Both the position numbers and the translations under genes were made by a program. From Myxococcales bacterium (GTDB lineage Bacteria; Myxococcota_A; Polyangia; Polyangiales; DASUME01), in NCBI GenBank assembly GCA_047601445.1, contig JASGJH010000001.1, positions 6,592,001-6,656,000 on the forward strand: a stretch of 64,000 bases of DNA, read 5' to 3'. How positions within the stretch are numbered: the first letter of the stretch is position 1; every line of letters begins with the position of its first letter. Positions 22,853 to 31,726 of the stretch are shown here, piece by piece. The notes under the pieces are model-generated. The model was not told where the DNA came from. It did no database searches and saw only the letters and a program-made list of their open reading frames with translations.

Positions 22853-25472
22853 ATGCCCGCCATCGATATTCCGAGTTTGGGTACTGCCGTTCTGTGCGCA
22901 GTCCTGGTCGCTTCCGGATATGCGTTCGCCGCTTCAGTGGCGAGTGGCCGAGGTCGCACGCAGCTCTTACCTGCCGCACGCAACGCCACCTACGCGACCT
23001 GTGCTCTGGTGGCCTTGAGCGTGTGCTTGTTGGCCTACTCGTTCCAGGCTCACGACTTCCGCGTGCGCTACGTGGCGCGCTACAGCGACCGCTCGATGCC
23101 CTGGTGGTATCTGGTGACGGCGCTCTGGGGCGGCCAGGATGGCTCGCTCCTGTGGTGGACCTTCCTGGTGGCGATCTGGACCGCACTGCTGACGCGCTCC
23201 ATCAAGTATCGCTACCTCGAACTGCAGCCCTACGTCCTGGCGACCTTGACCAGCATCATGGGCTTCTTCGCGGTGCTGATGTTGTTCGCGGCCAACCCCT
23301 TCTCCGTCTCGGCGGCCAGCGTGCCGCTCGACGGTGAGGGCTTGAATCCGCTGCTCCAGAACTACTGGATGATGATTCACCCGCCCACGCTCTACATGGG
23401 CTTCGTGGGCTGGTGCGTGCCGTTCGCCTTCTGTATCGCGGCGCTCATCACGGGTCGGCTCAAGGACGAGTGGATCCTGGCTGCGCGCAAGTGGACCATC
23501 GCGGCCTTCGCGTTCCTGGGCTTCGGGCTCTTGCTCGGCGGCTTGTGGAGTTACGAGGAGCTCGGTTGGGGCGGCTATTGGGCGTGGGATCCGGTCGAGA
23601 ACGCGGCCTTCATGCCGTGGCTGGCGGGCACCGCGTACCTGCACTCCGTGATGATCCAGGAGCGCCGCGGGATGTTGAAGGTGTGGAACGTCTTCTTGAT
23701 GTGCCTGACCTTCATCATGACCATCTTCGGCACCTTCCTCACGCGCTCGGGCATGATCGCGAGCGTCCACTCGTTCGCGCGCAGCGACATCGGCATCTAC
23801 TTCGCCTGGTACATCGTGTTCCTGTGCGTGGTGTGCCTGGGCTTGATCTTCTACCGGCTGCCGTTGTTGCGCGCCGAGAACCGCATGGACTCGCTGCTGT
23901 CGCGCGAGTTTACCTTCCTGCTCCAGAACTGGGGCCTGCTCGGCATGATGGTGTTCGTCTTGATCGCCACCACGTTCCCGCTCATCTCGGAGGCCATCCG
24001 CGGTGAGACCGTGACCGTAGGGCCGGGCTTCTACAACAAGTGGATGGTGCCGCTCGGCCTGGTGCTCATGCTGTTGATGGGCGTGGGTCCGGTGATCTCG
24101 TGGCGTCGCGCCACCGGCAAGAACCTGCGCCAGGCTTTTCGTATCCCGCTGATCGTCGCCACGGGGATGGCGGTGCTGCAGCTCGTGCTGGGCGGGCGTG
24201 CGGGCTTTCCTTCCTACGTTACGAGCGAAGCCATCTACGACACCCTGACCGGCAAGGTGCTGGCCGTGATCTATGGCGCCGCGCCAGGCGTGAGCGTGTT
24301 CTTGTGCACCTTCGTGCTGGGCACCATCGTTCAGGAGTTCTGGCGCGGCACCAACGTGCGCATGAAGAACTCCGGCGAGAGCGCACCCACGGCGCTGTTC
24401 GAATTGGTCACGCGGGCCAAGCGTCGCTACGGCGGCTACATCGTGCATGTGGGTATCGTGCTCATGTACCTGGGCTTCACCGGCGCGGCCTACGACGTGG
24501 AGAAGGAAGCCAGCCTGCGCCAGGGGCAGCGCCTCACCGTCGGCAACTACGAGCTCCGCTACGACCGACCGCGCATGGAGGTCGACCCCAACAAGCGCAT
24601 GATCTTCACGGACCTCACGGTGTTCTCGGGTGGCAAGCCCGTGGGCATTGTGTCGCCGGCCAAGTTCATCTATCGGACCCATCCCGAGATGCCCACCACC
24701 GAGGTGGCCATCCGCTCCACGCTGCTCGACGACGTCTACGTGATCATGAGCAAGGTGAACCCCGAGTCCAAGGTGGGCATCTTCCGCGTGATCGTGCGTC
24801 CGCTCGTGGCGTGGATCTCGGATCGGCGGGTTGTTCTTCCTGTTTGGCTCCATCGTGGCCATCGCCCCTTCCATGAAGGAGCTGCTCGAGAGCTCGCGCG
24901 ACCCGTTGGCAATGCGCGGCGCGGCGGCGCGTCCAGCCCTGGCGAGCTGGTTCCTGTGGCTCTTGGTGCTAGCGCTGGCCCTCGGCGGGGCAGCCGCCAC
25001 GGCGTTCGCCCAGGACTCGAGTTCGCTGATGGCGGGCAACGTTGAAATGCACTCCGCCGAGGAGCGACAGCTCTTCGAGCGCGTGCTGTGTCAGTGCGGA
25101 GGCTGTGCGCGCCTGCCGCTGTCCAACTGCATTTGTCACTGGGCCGAGGAGAAGCGCGCGGAGCTGCGCGCGGACCTGGCGGCGGGCAAGACAGTGACGC
25201 AGATCCAGGATGCCTTTGCCGAACAGTACGGCGTCAAGGCCATCGCCATCCCGCGTGACAAGGGCCTCGACCGTGCCCTGTGGGCCGTGCCGATCGCCGC
25301 CTTCGTGGCGGCCGCGGGAGGCATCGCGTACCTGGGGCGACGCTGGGTGAAGCGCAGCCAGGCGGTGGCCGGCGGGCCAGCCGACGCTTCTGTTGGAGCT
25401 GCTGGCGAAGTCCGTGACGACGCCCTGGATCGCGAGCTCGATGCCGAGCTCAAGAGGTTCGACGAGAAATGA
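22853..25472 (+). CDS. ccmF: Cytochrome c heme lyase CcmF fused to a CcmH-like domain; 1-nt insertion at ~24819
   Basis: WGGQDGSLL, GLNPLLQ..HPP, WSYEELGWGGYWAWDPVEN, SVHSF. Removing C24819 restores WIWIGG and reads in frame into LCQCGGC..LWAVP (CcmH-like) to 25472. Confidence 0.85.
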
Positions 25473-25873
25473 AAGCATTTCTGCCGATCCTGTTCATCGT
25501 GCTCGCTGCGGGCGCGTTGTTGCTGGCCATCTCCTTTTTGTGGGCGAGTCTGCGCGCGCTGTTCGGCGGCCAAGTCGGGCTGTGGGTCACGCAGAGCGCC
25601 GCCGTGCGCCGGCGCGAGGAGCTGCTCGAGGAGAAGGACACCGTGCTGCGGAGCCTCAAGGATCTCGAGTTCGAGCGGGACGCCGGCAAGATCTCCGACG
25701 AGGACTACAAACGCCTCGAGGCGGAGTTCCGGGCGCGCGCGCGCCGCGTGCTCAAGCAGCTCGACGAGGACCTGCGCGAGCACCGGGGCAAGGCTGACAG
25801 CTTGATTCAGGCGGAGCTCAAGAAGGCAGGGTTCGCGGGCGCGATCGAAGCGTCGAAGAAGGGCGAATCATGA
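25469..25873 (+). CDS. CcmI N-terminal-like membrane protein
   Basis: TM followed by LRSLKDLEFERDAGKISDEDY; ATGA-coupled to ccmF-H. Confidence 0.7.
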   Translation: MKAFLPILFIVLAAGALLLAISFLWASLRALFGGQVGLWVTQSAAVRRREELLEEKDTVLRSLKDLEFERDAGKISDEDYKRLEAEFRARARRVLKQLDEDLREHRGKADSLIQAELKKAGFAGAIEASKKGES

Positions 25874-27165
25874 GCTTGTTGCGCCTGGGTTTGCCGCTCT
25901 TGTTCCTCGGCGTCGTGAGTACTGTACGGGCCCAACCGGTCCCCGCTCCCGCCGGACCCATCCCTTCCGCGGCACCGGCTCCCCCAGCTGCGCCCGCGCC
26001 GGACGGGGCAGCCCCAACCGAGCCCGCTCCGCCTGGCGGCGATCCTCATACGCACGATCCCCATGCCGCGCTGGCGCCGCCCACGTTGCCCACCGCCGAA
26101 CCGGCGCCCGAGCTCGCTGCTGGCAGCATCGTCATCGACGTCACCGATCCCCGCGGCCTGCCCTATCCGAGCGCCGAGATCGTACTGGGCGTGATGGGCA
26201 ACCTGGGCAACCGGACGGAGCAGCGCGCCAAGACCGGGGCCGGCGGCCGATACACCTTCGAGAAGCTCGCCGTCGGTACCCAGCAGGCCTATCGCGTCAA
26301 CGTGGTCTACGGCGGCGCCAAGTTCAGCTCCACGCCCTTCCAGCTGCCTGAAGCGGGCGGCTACCACGTTCAGGTTCCGCTGCGGGCCACCACCCACGAC
26401 GACCGTATGGTGTTTCAGGTCATCGGCCAGACTGTCGTGGAGCTACGCGACGATCGCCTGCACATCACCCAACAGGCACGCCTGGCCAACGCGGGCGAGA
26501 ATGTATTCGTGCTGCCTCAAGACGGCGTGTTGGTGCCGCTGCCGGACAAGTTCACGGCCTTCCAGTGGCAGGACCAGATGACCGACCAGCGTGGTGAAGA
26601 GAAGGCAGGGGAGGGCTTCCGCCTGCGTGGCTCCCTGCCGCCGGGCTCGGTGACGCTTGGCTGGAGCTTCGACCTACCGCGCGAGGGGACCACCGCGAAG
26701 ATCGCCATCGCCCTGCCTTTCCGTACCTTCACCTATCGCGTGATCAGCGAAGCGTCCGACGAGATGAAGCTGCGGGTCAGCGAGTTTCCCGAGGCGGAAC
26801 GGGTCAAAGACGAGGGTCGCGATCTGCTGTTCACCCAAATTCAGCGCTCTCCGCAGGAGGCCCGGCTCGAGTCTTTCACCATCAAGCTGGACGGCATCCC
26901 GGGGCCTGGCCCCGGGCGTTGGATCGCCACTGCGCTGGCCCTCATCGCCGCCCTGTGGGGGCTCTCGAAGGGGTTCCGGGGCAGCAGCGATAATACCGAG
27001 CGAAAGGCGTTGATCGCCGCGCGAAAGACCGATCTCCTGGCCCAGGCGAAGCTCACCGAGCAGGAGCTGGCCAAGGGGGAGATCGGCCCCGAGTTCAAGG
27101 CGCGCCGCATGGACGAGATCGCCACGGAACTGGCCCTCGTACTGCGTGACGAAGAGGCGCTCTAG
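25870..27165 (+). CDS. Exported protein with carboxypeptidase-regulatory-like beta domain and C-terminal TM
   Basis: Signal peptide, Pro/Ala linker, KTGAGGRYTFEKL motif, TM WIATALALIAALW; ATGA-coupled. Confidence 0.7.
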   Translation: MSLLRLGLPLLFLGVVSTVRAQPVPAPAGPIPSAAPAPPAAPAPDGAAPTEPAPPGGDPHTHDPHAALAPPTLPTAEPAPELAAGSIVIDVTDPRGLPYPSAEIVLGVMGNLGNRTEQRAKTGAGGRYTFEKLAVGTQQAYRVNVVYGGAKFSSTPFQLPEAGGYHVQVPLRATTHDDRMVFQVIGQTVVELRDDRLHITQQARLANAGENVFVLPQDGVLVPLPDKFTAFQWQDQMTDQRGEEKAGEGFRLRGSLPPGSVTLGWSFDLPREGTTAKIAIALPFRTFTYRVISEASDEMKLRVSEFPEAERVKDEGRDLLFTQIQRSPQEARLESFTIKLDGIPGPGPGRWIATALALIAALWGLSKGFRGSSDNTERKALIAARKTDLLAQAKLTEQELAKGEIGPEFKARRMDEIATELALVLRDEEAL

Positions 27166-27372
27166 TACCGCATCGTCACAACCCGGCGCTCGCGTGCCTT
27201 ACCCCGCATGGTATGGTGCTCGCCTGTGCAGGGGTCAGGCGCCGCTGCAGCATGGTTTTGCGGGACGGCACGAGGGCGTCCTGGCCGAGGTTTCGGGCCG
27301 GCACCAGGCGTGCCCGCTTCATTTTTCGGGCAGCACTAGGCGTGCAGCCCAGGCTCAAGGAAGAGGGACACC

Positions 27373-27888
27373 ATGGCGGAAGGGCTGAATCGGGCGATCT
27401 TGGTGGGCAATCTGGGCATGGACCCAGAGCTCAAGTTCACGCAGGGCGGTCAGGCCGTGCTGCGCATCCGCCTGGCCACCACCGAGACGTATCCCGGGAA
27501 GACGGGCGAGCGCCAGGAGCGCACCGAGTGGCATACCGTGACGGTGTGGGGCAAGCGCGCCGAAGCCCTCAACAAGATCCTCTCCAAGGGCCGCACCATT
27601 TGGGTCGAAGGCCGCATCCAGACCCGCAGCTGGGAAGACAAGGACGGCAACAAGCGGTACGCCACGGAGATCAACGCCCAGAACATTGGCCTCGTCGGGG
27701 GCGGCGGTGGTGGCGGCGCACGCAGCGGTGGCGGCGGTAGCTACGGCGGCGGTGGCGGTGGTGGCGGTGGTTATGGCGGCGGTGGCGGCGGTGGCGGCGG
27801 CTACGAGGGCGGCGGCGGATTCGATCAGGGGCCCGACTTCGATGGTGGTGGCGGCCCCAGTGGCGGCGACGACGATATCCCGTTCTGA
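27373..27888 (+). CDS. ssb: Single-stranded DNA-binding protein
   Basis: [27 protein letters not shown]; Gly-rich linker; C-terminal DDDIPF. Confidence 0.97.
   Translation: MAEGLNRAILVGNLGMDPELKFTQGGQAVLRIRLATTETYPGKTGERQERTEWHTVTVWGKRAEALNKILSKGRTIWVEGRIQTRSWEDKDGNKRYATEINAQNIGLVGGGGGGGARSGGGGSYGGGGGGGGGYGGGGGGGGGYEGGGGFDQGPDFDGGGGPSGGDDDIPF
27697..27868 (+). repeat. GGC/GGT low-complexity tract encoding the poly-Gly linker of SSB
   Basis: Tandem GGC/GGT codons punctuated by Tyr codons. Confidence 0.8.
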
Positions 27889-27894
27889 TTTCTC

Positions 27895-28635
27895 GTGGGC
27901 CGTGAGCGCATCGATCGCGTGCTGGTCGCGCGGGGCCTGGTTCCGAGTCGCGCCCGAGCGCGCGCGCTGATCGAAGCCGGCAAGGTCACCGTCGCCGGCC
28001 GCGCGGTGACCAAGGTTAGCGACCTGGTGGATCCGGCAGCCCCCGTGGACGTCGCGCCCGACCATCCCTACGTGTCGCGCGGCGGCCTCAAGCTGGAGGG
28101 CGCGCTGGAGGACCTGGGCATCGATCCTCGGGGAGCCGTGGTCGCCGACATCGGAGCCTCCACGGGGGGGTTCACGGATTGCCTGTTGCGGCGCGGGGCG
28201 CAGCGCAGTTACGCCCTCGACGTGGGGCACGGTCAGCTTCATCCGTCGCTCGCCGCCGATCCGCGGGTCATCTCCATGGAAGGGGTCAACGCGCGCTACG
28301 TGGACGCCACCTCGCTGCCCGAGCTGGTCGACCTGCTGGTCGTGGATGCCTCTTTCATCAGCTTGACCAAGCTCTTGCCCGCCATGCTGCAGTTGATGAA
28401 GCCCACGGCCCGCATGTTGGCCCTGGTCAAGCCGCAGTTCGAAGTAGGACCCAGCGAGGTCGGCAAGCGCGGCGTGGTCACCGACGATGCCCTCCGCGCG
28501 CTCGCGCTCACCGACGTGTGCGCCGCTGCACAGGCGCTCGGGCTCACCACCCAAGGGCACGCCGAGTCGAGGCTTTCTGGGCCCGAGGGGAACCGCGAAA
28601 TCTTCGTGTTGTTCGCCCGTTCTCAAACAGCCTGA
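27895..28635 (+). CDS. tlyA: TlyA family rRNA methyltransferase
   Basis: S4 domain RIDRVLV; YVSRGGLKL, DIGASTGGFTD, DASFISL, LVKPQFE, GNRE. Confidence 0.95.
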   Translation: MGRERIDRVLVARGLVPSRARARALIEAGKVTVAGRAVTKVSDLVDPAAPVDVAPDHPYVSRGGLKLEGALEDLGIDPRGAVVADIGASTGGFTDCLLRRGAQRSYALDVGHGQLHPSLAADPRVISMEGVNARYVDATSLPELVDLLVVDASFISLTKLLPAMLQLMKPTARMLALVKPQFEVGPSEVGKRGVVTDDALRALALTDVCAAAQALGLTTQGHAESRLSGPEGNREIFVLFARSQTA

Positions 28636-28704
28636 TTCCCCAACTCAGGGCGACATCACGCTTGCTCTTCCGAGCTACTCGAAGGGCATGCGAATCATGT
28701 ATCA

Positions 28705-29595
28705 ATGCAGGCCAAGCTTGCCATCAAGCGCGTGGGCTTCTCCCTGGCCGCGGCGATCGGGCCGTGCCTATCCAATCAGCGTTTGCGCCAGGTGCTCTGC
28801 GATCGCGTGGTACCGCTCGTGCTCGACGATGCGGTGTGCGAACGACGCCCCGTACCCCGCAAGCAACGTCGCTCCAAGGTGAGCGTGCTGTGCGACCCCC
28901 ACGATTCCGCGCAGCGCGCGAGCTTCTTTTGCGGCGTGGCGCGCGACGAGGAGCTCGAGTCTTTCCTGCTGCGCGAGCTCCACCCGGGTGACTCCCTCAT
29001 CGACGTGGGGATGCGCGGCGGCCACGTGGCGTTGCCCGCGGCCAAGCTGGTCGCGCCGGTGGGCAAGGTGGTGGCCTTCGAACGCCGGACGAGCCTGGTG
29101 CAAGGTGTGCGCGCGCTGGCGAGTGAACAGGGCCTCGATACCCTACGCGTGCACGCCTGCGCCCTCGACGACACGGAGGGCGAGCTGTTCGTTGCCTCCG
29201 AGATCAATCCACGTCGCCGCTGTACGGTGCGTGTGGGCGACGAAGTCCTGCGCAAGCAGGCCCTGCCCGGGCGCGTGGGCCTGAAGATCGACGCCGAGGC
29301 CTTCGAGCTCTCGGTGCTGCGTGGACTGCGCGAGACCCTGCGAGACCGCGTGGACTATGCCCTCTTCGAGCTCGTTCCCTATCAGCTGGGCGTGCCGGGC
29401 CTGCAGGCGTTGTTCTCACTGCTGGAGGACATGGGCTTCGAAGCGCGGGCCCTCGAGCGCGACGGGACCTGCGAGCGGCGCATCGGACCGCTGGAGGTAC
29501 TCGGGCCCATGCACGTGGCTTTCTGGAGGATGGGCCCGCGCGGCCAGGTGCAGCGCTTCCGCCCCGTGACCTACCGGCCCATCGTCGCTTCCTAA
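28705..29595 (+). CDS. FkbM-family methyltransferase-like protein
   Basis: LHPGDSLIDVG..G, KVVAFE, LKIDAEAFELSVLRG. Confidence 0.7.
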   Translation: MQAKLAIKRVGFSLAAAIGPCLSNQRLRQVLCDRVVPLVLDDAVCERRPVPRKQRRSKVSVLCDPHDSAQRASFFCGVARDEELESFLLRELHPGDSLIDVGMRGGHVALPAAKLVAPVGKVVAFERRTSLVQGVRALASEQGLDTLRVHACALDDTEGELFVASEINPRRRCTVRVGDEVLRKQALPGRVGLKIDAEAFELSVLRGLRETLRDRVDYALFELVPYQLGVPGLQALFSLLEDMGFEARALERDGTCERRIGPLEVLGPMHVAFWRMGPRGQVQRFRPVTYRPIVAS

Positions 29596-29647
29596 TTGCA
29601 CTCGGCAGTTGCCAAATACACGTCCGGTTTCGGTATCATCTCAAACC

Positions 29648-30328
29648 GTGACCCGTCCGCCCTCCGCCCAAGCCCTCGCCAAGCTCCTCGCGCACCGCAA
29701 CGAGCACCCCGAACGTCTGTACGAAATCGACCAACAGATTCGGGAGCGCTTCGAGCAAACCCACGCGCTGCTGGTGCTCGACATGTGCGGCTTCTCCCGG
29801 CTCACGGTGAAGTACGGCATCATCCACTACCTGGCGATGATCCAGCGCATGCAGCGCGTAGTGCTGCCGCTCGTGACCAAGGCTGGCGGTCGCGTGCTCA
29901 AGACCGAAGCCGACAACGTCTTCGCAGTGTTTCCGGACGTGCCCCAGGCGCTCGGTGTGGCGCTCGCCGCCACGGACGAGCTCGAGCAGAGCAACCTGGT
30001 GATGCCGCGCGATTGGGACGTGCACGTGAGCGTGGGCATCGGCTACGGGCCGCTCTTGATGGTGGGCGAGCACGATGCGTTCGGTTCGGAGATGAACCTG
30101 GCGTCAAAGTTGGGCGAAGACATGGCGAAGGCCGAGCAGGTGCTGCTCACCGAGGCGGCCTGGGCGCGCATGGGAGCCAAGAAGCGCGCCTTCGTGTCGC
30201 GCATGGCGCGCATCTCGGGCATGCGCTTCCCGTACTACGAACACAAGCGTGACAAGGGCCAGGCCAAGTCCACTTCGGCGCGCCCGAGCAAGACCAAGAG
30301 CAAGAGCAAGCGGAAGACCCGCGCGTAG
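29648..30328 (+). CDS. Stand-alone class III adenylate/guanylate cyclase
   Basis: LVLDMCGFS, KTEADN, VGIGYG, DAFGSEMNLASKL. Confidence 0.85.
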   Translation: MTRPPSAQALAKLLAHRNEHPERLYEIDQQIRERFEQTHALLVLDMCGFSRLTVKYGIIHYLAMIQRMQRVVLPLVTKAGGRVLKTEADNVFAVFPDVPQALGVALAATDELEQSNLVMPRDWDVHVSVGIGYGPLLMVGEHDAFGSEMNLASKLGEDMAKAEQVLLTEAAWARMGAKKRAFVSRMARISGMRFPYYEHKRDKGQAKSTSARPSKTKSKSKRKTRA

Positions 30329-30332
30329 GCTT

Positions 30333-31652
30333 TCAGGGCGACAGGGCCCGCAGGAAAGCCTGGGCCTTGAGCTCCGTCTCGAGGGTCTCCGCCAGTGGGT
30401 CGCTGTCGATCACGATGCCCCCGCCAGCGCAGTACTCCACGTGACCTCCGTGCACCACGGCGGTCCGAATCGTGACTGAGAACGAGAAGCCGCCCGCGCG
30501 ATCGAGGAACCCGACCGCCCCCGTGTAGAAGCCCCGCGGTGCTTCTTCGAGCGCTGCGATGATCCGCATGGCGCTCTCTTTGGGTGCGCCCGTGACGCTG
30601 CCAGGTGGAAAGGTGCCGGACAGGATCTGACTCACGGACAGCTCCTTGCGCGCACGGGATTCGACGGTGCTCACGAGGTGCGAGAGGCCGGCGAAGGGCA
30701 GCACGCGCATCAGTTCCCGGACGTGCACGCTGCCCGCCTCGGAGACCCGGCTGAGGTCGTTGCGCATCAAGTCCACCACCATCGCGTGTTCGGCGTGCTC
30801 CTTGGGGTTAGCGAGCAAGGCGGAGGCCTCGCGCGCCCCGTCGCCTGTGCTGGCGATGGTCCCCTTGATGGGCGAGGTCCAGAGCGCGCGATCGCACCGC
30901 CGGTAGCGCAGAAAGCGCTCCATGCTGCGCCCGAGCAGGGCGTGCGAACCTGCGTTCACGAAATACCCGAAAGGCACGGGGCTCTGCGCGCGCATGCGCA
31001 AGAAGAGTCCCAGCGGCTGACCATGGAAGGCCGCCCGGAAGCGCCGCGCCAGGTTCACCTCGTAGACGTCCCCCGCGGCGATGCGCTCGAGGGCGGCGCG
31101 CACGTTGTCGGCGTGACGCTCCGGCGATCCAGCGAGCACGGGGCCCGCCGTGAACTCGCAATCCGTCGCCGCCGCCGCGGGCGCAGCGAGCAAACCCTCG
31201 AGGTCGGCGCAGGCAGCCTCGGAGTCACCCACCAAGAAGCCGAGCCCGCGCGCGTGGTCGAACCCGTACAGGGCGGCATAGCGGGCAAAATGCAAGCACG
31301 GCAGCTGGCGGTGACGCACCAGGGACTCCCGGTGGCCGCCGTCCAGGCTGTCGTAGGCGATGTGACCGATCCAGGCAGGTACGTCCTCCGCCTGCACCTC
31401 GGGCAGCGCGCTCGTCGCACCGTCCGCCCCCGCCACCCGGGGCTGCCGAACGAGCCCATCCAGGACCGAAAGCGGCTTGGGATCCCCAAAGCAACGCTCC
31501 ACGACCTCCACGGGCTCACAGCCGACGAAGGAGAAGCGCCCCTCCTGGCCGTGAGTCAGGCCACCATCCAACCATGCGAGCCCCCTGCGATTCCCGAGAC
31601 GTCGGGCGGCGTCGCCGGGGGATAGTCCGAGCTGGCTCCGGGTGAGGAACAC
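30333..31652 (-). CDS. Aminodeoxychorismate/anthranilate synthase component I family (PabB-like)
   Basis: IAAGDVYEVNL, SPIKGT, KEHAEHAMVVDLMRNDL, FPPGSVTGAPK, AGGGIV; start uncertain. Confidence 0.88.
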   Translation of the reverse strand: MFLTRSQLGLSPGDAARRLGNRRGLAWLDGGLTHGQEGRFSFVGCEPVEVVERCFGDPKPLSVLDGLVRQPRVAGADGATSALPEVQAEDVPAWIGHIAYDSLDGGHRESLVRHRQLPCLHFARYAALYGFDHARGLGFLVGDSEAACADLEGLLAAPAAAATDCEFTAGPVLAGSPERHADNVRAALERIAAGDVYEVNLARRFRAAFHGQPLGLFLRMRAQSPVPFGYFVNAGSHALLGRSMERFLRYRRCDRALWTSPIKGTIASTGDGAREASALLANPKEHAEHAMVVDLMRNDLSRVSEAGSVHVRELMRVLPFAGLSHLVSTVESRARKELSVSQILSGTFPPGSVTGAPKESAMRIIAALEEAPRGFYTGAVGFLDRAGGFSFSVTIRTAVVHGGHVEYCAGGGIVIDSDPLAETLETELKAQAFLRALSP

Positions 31653-31726
31653 GAGCAGGATGTACCTACGTCCCCAACTCGTGTAAAGGGAGGGCCCAGG
31701 CGGGTTACACTCCCACGGGAAACACC

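Noticed and set aside
22967..25039. 690-aa ORF antisense to ccmF
   Set aside because: Shadow ORF with no recognisable domain
24820..25045. C-terminal 75 aa of the listed 755-aa CcmF ORF
   Set aside because: Out-of-frame tail caused by the insertion at ~24819
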